64,000 bases of DNA, taken from NCBI GenBank assembly GCA_964016885.1, contig OZ024758.1, positions 186,001 to 250,000 of the forward strand, given 5' to 3'. The notes below the pieces were generated by a model. The model saw nothing but the letters and a program-made list of their open reading frames with translations. It did not search any database and was not told where the DNA came from. The DNA is from Eledone cirrhosa. Lineage: Eukaryota. Position numbers and translations under genes: made by a program. Below are positions 53,228 to 64,000 of this stretch, piece after piece; the first letter of the stretch is position 1; each line of letters starts with the position of its first letter.

Positions 53228-53271
<44 letters not shown>

Positions 53272-53274
<3 letters not shown>

Positions 53275-53822
53275 ACTTCATCATACGTCCGCTTTTCCAT
53301 GCTTGCAAGGGTGGGGTGGGAGCTGATTCTGGATTGGTTTCTACAGCTGGGTGCCCTTCCCGACGCCAACCCCGTTTGCAGTGAGTGCTGGGTGCTTTTT
53401 TTTTTCCGTGGCACCTCTACGTCAGCTTTACAGTGTGGGCTGGGTGCTTTTTTGCCGCGGCGCCTCCACGACCACTTTGCGGTGGGGTGGTGGGGTGGTA
53501 TGTGTATACCCAGCCCATTGTCATTTGCAACACAGAAAAGCTTATAGCATCGTTCTTTACCCACGATGAATCTAGCAGACCCACCCCTCCACCTGGTCTC
53601 TTGAATACAACAAACATCGACCTCCTTACGTTCAAGCATTTCTACAACCTCGTTAGAGCCACCCTATAAGGTGCCTACATTAATGGTACCAACTCTGAAG
53701 TTTTGGATTGCGTTTGGAGGTTGGGAGCGGTGGGGAGCGGGGATGGGGTTAGGGTTAGCCATCCGCGGCCGAAACAAAGAGGAGGAGCCCTTGCATTCTC
53801 GTCCATGAGGTGGATTTGTCTT
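53272..53822 (-). mobile_element. Non-autonomous RTE derivative
   Basis: Copy of 1433-1983. Confidence 0.8.
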
Positions 53823-54314
53823 TATGTATGTATATGTATATATGTATGTATGTGTGTGTATGTATGTATATGTATATATGAGTGTATATGTGTATATGTA
53901 TGTATATGTATGTGTATGTATGTGTATATATGTGTATATGTATGTGTTTGTATATATGTGTGTGTATGTATATATGTGTGTGTATGTATATATATATATG
54001 TATGTATGTGTATATGTATGTATATGTATGTATGTGTATATGTATATATGTGTGTATGTATGTATATATGTATGTATGTGTATATATGTATGTATGTATA
54101 TGTATATATACGTGTGTATATGTATATATACTTATGTGTATATGCTTATGTATGTGTATGTATGTATATTTATATTATGTATATATATATATCTATGTAT
54201 GTATATGTATGTATATGTGTATGTATGTGTATGTATGTATGTGTATATATGTATGTATGTATATATATATGTATGTATATGTATGTGTATGTATATGTAT
54301 ATGTATATGTATAT

Positions 54315-54671
54315 GGAGGCACATGGCTTAGTGGTTCGAGCATTGGCCTGGCAATCGAAAAGTTGTGAGTTCAATTCTCAGACCGGGTGATGTGTTGTTT
54401 CCTTGAGCAAGACACTTTATTTCACATTGCTCCAGTTTACTCAGCTGTAGAAATGAGATGATAGGGACTGGGGTCCATATCATTCCACTGCAAAGTGGTC
54501 GTGGAGGTGCCACGGCAAAAAAGCACTCAGCACTCACTGTAAATGAGGTTGGTGTTAGGAAGGGCATCCAGCTGTAGAAATCAAGCCAGAATCAGTTCCC
54601 GTCCCACCCTTACAAGCAGGGAAAAAGCGGACTTAAAACGAAATGATGATGATGATGATGATGATGATGAT
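54315..54671 (+). mobile_element. tRNA-derived SINE
   Basis: Copy of 2470-2823. Confidence 0.85.
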
Positions 54672-55325
54672 GTATGTATGTATGTGTATATGTATGTATG
54701 TATGTATGTATATGTATGTATGTGTATGAGATGCAGTTTGGTTTTGTGCCGCTGAAAAGTGCAACAGATGCCCTCTTCTTAGTGAGACAACTACAAAAGA
54801 GGTTCTTAGAGAAAAATAAGCCACTATACTTAGCTTTGGACATAGAGAAGGCTTTTGATAGAGAACTCTTATAAATGACAACATATATATATGTGTGTGT
54901 ATATATATGTTTTTTTTTAAACTATATATTTATTACTCCCTTAAGCAGAAGAAATATATTCCCAGATATCGAAGATTACCACAATAACTAGGGAGCGGAA
55001 ATCAATAGATGCTGGACATTGCTGCTGAGGGTAGGATGACCTGATGAGCTGGCTCCTGTGGTGGATACCTAAACATAGTAAGAGCCAAGTGGGATGACTG
55101 AGGTTCACCTACATACATCAGATGTCTCTGGATCTCCAGCTGGAGATTAATGATCTCAGGAATGCCATGAAAAATCGTGACATCTAAAAAAGAAGAGTAG
55201 AATTGTTCTGGCCAATCCACCTGACCTAATAAACAATAATAATATTAATATATATTGATGAAAATTAATTATGGTGAAATATCTTAGAAATCATTCTCAG
55301 AGGTTTTGTATTGTAATCCACACTT

Positions 55326-57295
55326 GCTCCTTGTGGCTTCTGATGCAGACATCATGTCCGCCATCAGGTCCTTCCCAGCTAGCAGCTGCGGAGATGTTGA
55401 TGGTCTCTGACCAGGCCTCCTCAAGGAGTTGATATCTCCCCTCTCCGCTGAGGCCGGGCGCCGCCTTCTGAGTGCAATTGTGGCGCTCACCAATAGGCTC
55501 ATCCATGGCGCCCTGGACTCTTATGCTCGAGGCCTCTTTTTTTCGGCCAGCCTCACCGCTCTCAGGAAGAAAGAGGATGGCATACGCCCCATTGCTGTGG
55601 GCAATGTCTTCCGGAGGCTGGCTGCCAAGGTAATCTGCAAGTCCGTAACACTCGGAACCGGCATCCAGGGCCTCCAGCCACCTCATTGTCAAGTTTGACA
55701 TGAGGAATGCCTTCAACTCTTTACGCTGGGATCATCTGCTCGAGGCCTGCCTCAGCCGAGCCCCCTCTGCCTACCTGTCATATGGAGCCCCAAGCATGCG
55801 CCATGCTGCTGATACGGTCATACCCTTGGCTACTGGGATCCAACAGGGCAACCCTTTGGGACCCCTCCTGTTCACCCTTGGTATTGACCACATCGCCTGG
55901 AGTATAACGGCCCCTCTCAACGTTTGGTATCTGGATGATGCTACTTTGGGTGGGCCCGTACAGGCGGTCTGCCATGACCTTCAATCGGTGGTTCCTGCCC
56001 TGGCGGGAATCGACCTCCAGGTCAACTCAGCCAAGTCGGAGGTGGTGAATGTCAGCCTCGATGCTGCAAGCTTTGCAGTCTCCGTCTTGGACGTGCGGTC
56101 CATTCTCCGCCAGGTTCAGGTGACCCCCCAAAGAGGATGCCCTCACCGATCCACCCGCCGGCCATCCGCTCCTCCATCAAGTCCAGACTCTCACGAGCCG
56201 ACTGGGCTTGATTGATGGCCACCCAGTTCTCTTTCTGCTGAGGAACTGCTACGCCATGCCGAAGCTCCTCTATACACTCTGTGCTACACCTAAACTTGTA
56301 TCCGAGCAGCAGCCGATGAGATATGCAACTTTACCTGTCAGGTATGGCGGCCTTCGCCTCCAGTCCCCGATCTCACTAGCTTTGCCGGCATATCTTTCGT
56401 CGGTAACCTCGTACCACGTCCTCTTCAGCAGGGTTCTTCAAAACACAACAGAACCCTCTGTGTTCAGAGAACGCCTGGCCGCCTGTGAGACGTGGCACCG
56501 GCTGGGACTTAGCCCAGTAGACGTTCCTCCTCCTTCTCCCCCTGTTGACGTCAAGTCCCCCCCAACACACTTGGGATGCCATCCAGTGCAGCCTGGCCTC
56601 AGACAGGCTCACGCGCCAGCTCGACCAGCACCGCCTTGTTTGTTTTCGTGCAGCCTCCAAACCCCACAGTGGGGCCTGGCTCCATGCCCTGCCCTCCTTC
56701 TCCACTCGCACGCAGCTAGACAACAATAGCTTGCGCATCGGCGTTTCCCTGAGGCTCGGCCTCACACCAATGTCGCTGCCGTTCCACCATGGACTCTTTC
56801 GGCCTCCACCCGCAATCCACGCCATGCTGCCCTCAACGAAGTCATTAAGCATGGCTTGGACGCTGCAGGCTTCCCTTCCCAGCTCGAGGGGACGGCAAAA
56901 GGCTAGATGGCATGACCATCTTCCCGTTCCGCGGTGGCAAACCCCTCGTCTGGGATGCCACTTGCACCGACACTTTCTGCAGCCGCAACCTGGTGCAGTC
57001 TGCGACTGGCCCAGGTTCTGCTGCACGTCAGGCTGAGGGGGCCAAACTCCTCACATATCGTTCACTCTCCGACAGGTTTGCGGTCGTACCCCTGGAAGTG
57101 GAGACTTCTGGTGTCCTCGGCCCCAGGGCTACCTCCTTACTCACCACCATAGGCGCTGAGCTGGCCAGCCGCAGGTGTGAGCCCCGCGAGTTGGAGTGGC
57201 TTTTCCAGCGCGTCTCCCTTGCCGTGCTCCGGGGAAACGCCTTCTCCATTCTGTCCGCCGGGGCTGTGGGTGGGTCCCATCGCGTACCGTTATGA
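55326..57295 (+). mobile_element. Degenerate CRE-clade retrotransposon, type A
   Basis: Copy of 3478-5447. Confidence 0.88.
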
Positions 57296-58276
57296 ATGTA
57301 TACAAAACAACTAAATCTCTTAAATAACTTCACTTATATCCAAAACATGATTTGTATATACATCAACAGTGACTCATTATTATACGCCAGTCACGACCCC
57401 ACTGCAAAAACGATATCTATATAACAACCCCACCGTAAAACTACTCTTCCCCACTTTACAAACACTTTATATTATTTGTCATTAAGGTTTCTTAAAATAA
57501 ATATATATACGTATGTGTAGTAATTAGTACGGAGACTGAGAGAGAAGGGGCGAGTGTGTCTTCATGGAGGGCACATGGGACCAGCAAAGTCCTAAAAGTA
57601 GAGACCAGTAAATGAGATAAGGTCCTAGCTATGTTAAGAATATAAATAAGAAACATGTTCTATACATTTAAGAAGACAAGAGAAACATGTTCTAAACATT
57701 TAAGAAATAATTATTTACCTCTTTCATGTCGGTAATATAGCGGTGTTATAAAACTAATTATAACGACCGGTGTTAAAATAGAGAGAGATAGACAGATAAA
57801 TGTGTGTCACACTCTCACCCTCTCTTTAAATCTTTTACACTATCTTTACATCTTTTACTCTATCTCCCTCTTATTTCTATCTGTGTACATATATATGTGT
57901 ATGTATGTATCTGTCTATGTGTAACTCGGTGTACTGGAGCAATATGAGGTGAAGTGTCTTGCTCAAGAAGACATTTTGTGGAGTTATATCATCGTTTCTT
58001 GTTATAAAGCTACTTATACTACCGGCGTAACAGTGGCTATAGGTGATAGATGTAGAAATAAAAGGCTGTAACAGCGATATAAATATAGATGAAATAGTTT
58101 ACCACGAGACTAAGAATGAATGTTTAATGGAATTAAGTGTAATCTAATAGGAAATAAGAGGCTAGAGCAGCGAAATGTTTACGTAAAATAAAAGAACAAC
58201 AAACAAGAGTGCAACATTGAAATTTTTGTTTTATTTTATCGATATAAGCGTTATTTTATGCGCGATTTGCCTTGCT

Positions 58277-58389
58277 GCCGGCGTTGATCAGTCAGTAGCA
58301 GCCCCGCTTACGAAGTTCAGGAGCCAACGACTTTACATGGTTCGAATCTCACCCTCTCCGCTCTTGTCGAGTTATCTCCTACTCTTTTT
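58277..58389 (+). ncRNA. Candidate tRNA-derived Pol III small RNA, divergent variant, unit 10
   Basis: Same variant as 30833-30945. Confidence 0.35.
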
Positions 58390-59034
58390 ACTTAGTTCCA
58401 GGTCATTAAAATAGAGCAAAGAGGGCGCGGCGATCGGCATATGCACTGGCTACAATGTTGAACTTTGGTACTGACTGCGTAGTTGAACGTTCCACATACC
58501 AACCGCCCAACTGGCCAGTCAACCGCAAATACGGCTGGCTGGCCGGTTGGGTAGTTGGCATATGTACTGACTGTCAAGTTGAACGTTCTAACCCTCTCTT
58601 TACATCTATTGCTCTATCTACCGCTTATTTCTCTCCCTCTCTTTACTTCTATAACTCTATCTCCCACTCTCTTTACATCTATTACACAGTGTCTCCCTGT
58701 ATATATACACGTATATATGCACTAGATTTTATAAGAAATCTACGTAATAATATAATTAACAATAGTTGATGAATTAGACCAGAGTTAATTAAACAATAAA
58801 TATGAATGAAATAGCAGTAGATGGCGAAACTTGAGTGTTGTGTGTGCATACATATATATGAGGTAAACTGGTTCAAATACTGTCAGGATTATATTGGATC
58901 AAAGACTGTATTAAATAGAAAGTAAAAAATGAAGTGAAAATATAAAAACAAACTGAAAATTTCCCCATCCCTAGAAAAATTCATATCTTGTTATATATAG
59001 ATAATTGGCGCTTTAAATTGAATAAATATTCATT

Positions 59035-59069
<35 letters not shown>

Positions 59070-59168
59070 GTACACTGATATATATGTGTGTGTATATATA
59101 TATATATATGTATGTGTATATGTGTACATATGTATGTGTATATATATACTAATATATATATATATATA

Positions 59169-59510
59169 TCAACTTCATCATACGTCCGCTTTTCCATGCT
59201 TGCAAGGGTGGGGTGGGAGCTGATTCTGGATTGGTTTCTACAGCTGGGTGCCCTTCCTGACGCCAACCCAGTTTGCAGTGAGTGCTGGGTGCTTTTTTTT
59301 TTTCCGTGGCACCTCCACGTCAGCTTTACAGAGCGGGCTGGGTGCTTTTTTGCCGTGGCGCCTCCACGACCACTTTACGGTGGGGTGGTGGGGTGGTATG
59401 TGTATACCCAGCCCATTGTCATTTCCCACCCAGAAAAGTTCATAGCACCGTTCTTTACCCACAATGAATCTAGCAGACCCACCCCTCCACCTGGTCTCTT
59501 GAATACAACA
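59169..59510 (-). mobile_element. Non-autonomous RTE derivative, truncated
   Basis: Same breakpoint as 32066. Confidence 0.8.
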
Positions 59511-60632
59511 GTGGTTTCACTAAAATAAAAATTAAATTAAATTAAATTAAATTAATTATATTAGATAAATAGACATTGGGGTTCTCACCAAAGATTTTCA
59601 GTTATTTCTAAGAGATGTAAAAGGAAAATTAAAAAAAGATTAATAGGACACATTAGACATGTCTCCAAGCAAGAATTGAACTTACAGACAAGGATCTCAC
59701 CATCTCTGGTACTTCCCACTAAGCCACCAAGACTGCTACAAAGGTCTATTGAAAATTAATATTTATAAACCTACTTTCAAAATATAACTAATTTAATTAA
59801 AAATAAAATAAAATAAATAGACATTGGCGTTCTCACAAAACTTTTTCAGTTCTTTTTTCTAAGAAATGTCAAAGGAATATATATATATATATATTTTATT
59901 TTTAATTTTATTTTGAAAGTAGGTTTATAAATATTAAATTTCAGTACATCTTTGTATCAGTCTCGGTAGCTTAGTGGGAAGTACCAGAGATGGTGAGATC
60001 CTGTTCTGGGTGTTCAATCCTGGTCTGAGGGTTGAATTGGGGACTCGGGTTCAATCCTGGTCCATGAGATACATGTAAGGTGTCATGTTAATCTTTTATA
60101 ATTTTCTTTCTATATCTCTTTGAAAAAGAGAACCCCTATTTATTTAATTATATTGAATTTAATTTTTTATTTTAGTTAAATTGTCGAAAACACTGAAGAT
60201 CTAAAGGTTGAGGAGACAATATGTCTATTTTATCTGTCTCCTCTAACTTTAGATCACCAGTGGTTTTGACAATTTAACTAAAGTAAAATAAAATAAAATA
60301 AATTAAATTATATTAGATAAATAGACATTGGGGTTCTCACCAAAGATTTTCAGTTTTTTCTGAGGAAAATTTAAAAAAAGATTAACAGGACACATTACAG
60401 CAATGATTGAACTCCCAGACCAGGATTGAACCTACAGACAAGGACCTCACCATCTCTGGTACTTCCCACTAAGCCGCCAAGACTGCTACAAAGGTCTGCT
60501 GATAATTAATATTTATAAACCTAATTTCAAAATAAAATTAATGTTATTAATTTTATTTAAAAATAAAATAAAATAAATAAACATTGGGGTTCTCACAAAA
60601 CTTTTTCATTTTTTTTCTAAGAAATGTCAAAG

Positions 60633-60645
<13 letters not shown>
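59511..60645. repeat. Foldback palindrome element, second copy
   Basis: Copy of 32067-33200 at +27444. Confidence 0.85.
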
Positions 60646-60680
<35 letters not shown>

Positions 60681-60684
<4 letters not shown>

Positions 60685-62608
60685 TCATCATCATCATCAT
60701 CGTTCAACGTCCATATTCCACGCTTGCATGGGTTTGGACGGGAATTTTCCCACTTGAGGCAAGAGTGGTTGTCTTGCTCGCATAGGACTGTCTGGCGGGT
60801 TTTCTACAGCTGGATGCCCTTCCTAACACCAACCGCATTTACAGTGTGGGACTGGGAGGTTTTTACCGTGTTACCTACACGGCCACATTACTGCGTGGAC
60901 TGTGTTTTTTTTTTTTTGTCGTGACACCTACACGACCTCATTTGTTTCGGCCTGGATGTTGTGGCACCAACATAACTTTACATTGAAAGGGGCGGTGTGG
61001 ATGGGGTGGGGGTGTATTTTGTTAGAGGTGCCTACTGACTGTAGTAGGTTTTACTTTGTATCTAGGTAAGGCGGGTCTTCTCTATTACTGAGTACCGCCA
61101 AAGATCTCGGTCCAGTGACATTGTCTTGGAGAGGTGTAAGTGTGTGAGGTCGGAATTTATCAAGTCGTCCCAGGTTTTTCTGGGTCTGCCTACTCCGTGG
61201 CTACCGTCTATCTTTATTGCCCTGCATTTTTTTTATACAGCTGTCGTCTTTCATCCGCATCACGTGGACCATACCAACGTAGTCTTCTCTCGAGTACACA
61301 ACATCTGATCCCTCTTATTTCTAATTTTTCCCTTAGTTCGTTTATGCTTTGCCGTTCACATATATTACTATTACACATCCAGCGAAGCATGCAAGCTTCG
61401 TTCCTCTCTAGTCTGCGTATATCCTCTGCACACAATGCCCAGGTCTCACTGCCATGCAACATTGCTGTTCATATGCAGGCATCATACAACCTGCCTTTCA
61501 TTTTTAGGGAGAACCCTTTAGCGGCTAATAGTGGTATAAGCTCTCTGAACTTTTTCCATCCAGTTCTGACTCTAGCTACTGTACTTTCAGAGCACCCTCC
61601 CCCACTGCTGATTTTGTCACCCAGGTAACGGAAGCTGTCCACTATTTCTATAGAACCCTCTGCGCAATTGAAAGAGCTAGTATTTTGTGGGCACTTGCTG
61701 CTACTTATTGCACCAGAGCACCGGCCACATGTAAAATCTATGTTCTTAGTTAGCTTACCTGTGATCCCACTACATCTTTTATGAACCCATACTTTGCATT
61801 TGGGACATAAAATGGAGTTTCTACCTACGCCTTTCCTACACACTGAGCATGGCCATTTCCCGGAAGGGACCGGCGCCTTATTTTCTTTCCTACAAACTAG
61901 AACTTTAGTCTTAGCCAGGTTAATTTTAAGGCCTTCTGATTCTAGGCCTTGCTTCCATGTTTGGAATTTCTTCTCTAGCTCGGCCATTGATTCAGCTATG
62001 AGCGTTAGATCATCTGCGTATAGGAGTTCCCATGGGCAGCCGGTCTTGAACTCCACTGTTATAGCCTGAAGGGCAATAATAAATAGTAGGGGGCTAAGGA
62101 CGGAGCCCTGATGAACACCAACTTTTACGCTAAACTCTTCACTATATTCGTTGTTAATTCTAACCTTGCTGACTGTTTCTTTATACATGGCTCGTATAGC
62201 TCTCACAAGCCATTCCTCAACACCTAGTTTTCTAAGAGCCCACCAGATAATGGAACGGGGGACTCTGTCGAAGGCTTTCTCCAAGTCAACAAAAGCTAAG
62301 TATAGGGGTTTACTTTTAACTAGGTACTTCTCCTGTAGTTGTCGTACAATGAAAAGAGCGTCTGTGGTACTTTTACCTGACACAAACCCGAACTGCATTT
62401 CATCTAGATCAATTCTCTCTCTGATTAGTTGCGCTATTACTTTTTCCGTGACCTTCATGACCTGGTCGATTAATTTAATGCCTCTATAGTTACTCCTATC
62501 TAGGGCATCTCCTTTACCCTTGTAACAGTTAATGATGATGCTGCTACGCCAGTCCTTCAGAACAACCCCATTCTGTATGACTTGGTTTACTATCCGGGTG
62601 ACCATTAC
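60681..62608 (-). mobile_element. 5'-truncated RTE-clade LINE with PHD finger, second copy
   Basis: ORF 61469-62725 differs from 34006-35262 by one residue (TVTRV vs TVARV); same premature stop. Confidence 0.93.
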
Positions 62609-63399
62609 GTGTATACATCTGAAAATGTATATATGTATGCAAAGATATAAGTAAACATACATGTATACATATAGATGGACAGTTATGCATATACAATAAC
62701 TTATTTCTATACATACATATACCACAAGTAAGGCATGGTGCTGCCAACTAACCAGACCTCCCTCATAATGGACCAGCTAGATCCCAAAATACAGGCCTGC
62801 TTGCCAACACACAGTCCCAATAAGTGTAAGTTACAGCGCAGCTATCTGGACAGACTTGTCTTAAGACTACACACTATCCCACTACATCTTTTGTATACTA
62901 TATATATACTGTTTATATATATATATACTATATATATATATACTGTTTATATATATATACACACATATAATTGTGTATTCACACATTATCTTAGTAATGA
63001 AATAATTAATAATTTTAGTAAATTGTTCAAAATTCTTCATTAACCCTTTTGGTAGAAACCCAGCCAAAATTAGTTCTCGTACTATGGAAATGGTTCCTAT
63101 CTAAATTAAAGTCTTCCAACAAAATTCTATATAACAACCATATGGTAAGTTACTATGTTAGTAATTAACTAACAATTGTGATAAATAGCTCAAAATTATT
63201 CATAATTAATTGAATTATAAGGTTCATAATTATAATAAAATCTTCAAATAGGCTACGAAACCGGTAAACCTGAAAGGTACACAACACACACACATTGCTA
63301 TAGCGTTTCACCAGCCCCTTCCTTCCTGAATTATTACAGAGATGTGTGTGTATGTAATAATTATTTGTATAATGTGTGTCTATTTATGAATATGTATGA

Positions 63400-64000
63400 G
63401 TAGATGTGTGTGTGTGTATCACAGTAGATGTGTATGTAACACAGTAGATGTGTATATGTAACAGAGTAGATGTGTGTTTGCATGTAACTCAGTATATGTG
63501 TATGTAACTCAGTAGATGTGTGTGTGTAACACGGTAGATGTGTGTGTGTAACACGGTAGATGTGTGTGTGTAACACGGTAGATGTGTGTGTGTAACACGG
63601 TAGATGTGTGTATGTAACAGTAGATGTGTATGTATGTAACACAGTAGATGTGTATGTATGTAACACAGTAGATGTGTGTATGTAACACAGTACATGTGTG
63701 TGTATGTAACTCAGTAGATGTGTGTGTATGTAACTCAGTAGATGTGTGTATGTAACACAGTAGATTGTGTGTATGTAACATAGAAGATGTGTGTAACACA
63801 GTAGATGTGTGTGTATGTAACACAGTAGATCTGTGTGTATGTAACTCAGTAGATGTGTGTGTATGTAACACAGGTGTGTGTATGTAACACAGTAGATGTG
63901 TGTATGTAACATAGTAGATGTGTGTATGTAACACAGAAGATGTGTGTGTATGTAACACAGTAGATGTGTGTGTATGTAACTCAGTAGATGTGTGTGTATG
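63400..64000. repeat. ~22-bp minisatellite, second copy (runs off the window)
   Basis: Same sequence as 35937 onward. Confidence 0.95.

Larger units (their letters stand above)
1..64000. repeat. Tandem array (macrosatellite) of a ~5.9-kb composite unit, 10 unit starts, running off both window ends
   Basis: ATAACGACCGGTGTTAAAAT recurs at 1, 5912, 11831, 18016, 23891, 30311, 40049, 45945, 51844, 57760 (periods 5911, 5919, 6185, 5875, 6420, 9738, 5896, 5899, 5916). Near-identical ORF sets recur at the same offsets. Confidence 0.98.

Overview
Eukaryotic, non-genic window, most likely from an octopus or other coleoid cephalopod. That assignment is an inference from the (TATG/TA)n microsatellites and the RTE/SINE families with (GAT)n tails. 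The whole window is one head-to-tail tandem array of a ~5.9-kb composite unit; unit starts (ATAACGACCGGTG) are at 1, 5912, 11831, 18016, 23891, 30311, 40049, 45945, 51844 and 57760. Each unit carries: (i) a GC-rich non-coding cassette with a tRNA-like Pol III A-box/B-box/T5 module, a 15-bp stem, four 21-bp motif copies and a 60-bp palindrome; (ii) an internally deleted RTE derivative (minus strand); (iii) a TATG microsatellite; (iv) a tRNA-derived SINE; (v) a short RTE RT scrap; (vi) a 5'-truncated, degenerate CRE-clade (RLE) non-LTR retrotransposon. In two units, 27.44 kb apart, ~1.1 kb is replaced by a ~5-kb block with a ~640-bp foldback palindrome, a PHD-containing RTE LINE and a ~22-bp satellite. 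No intact protein-coding gene is evident, and most listed ORFs are microsatellite or antisense artefacts. The best novelty candidate is the cassette found in all 10 units, possibly a tandemly amplified tRNA-derived small RNA gene with its own regulatory module.
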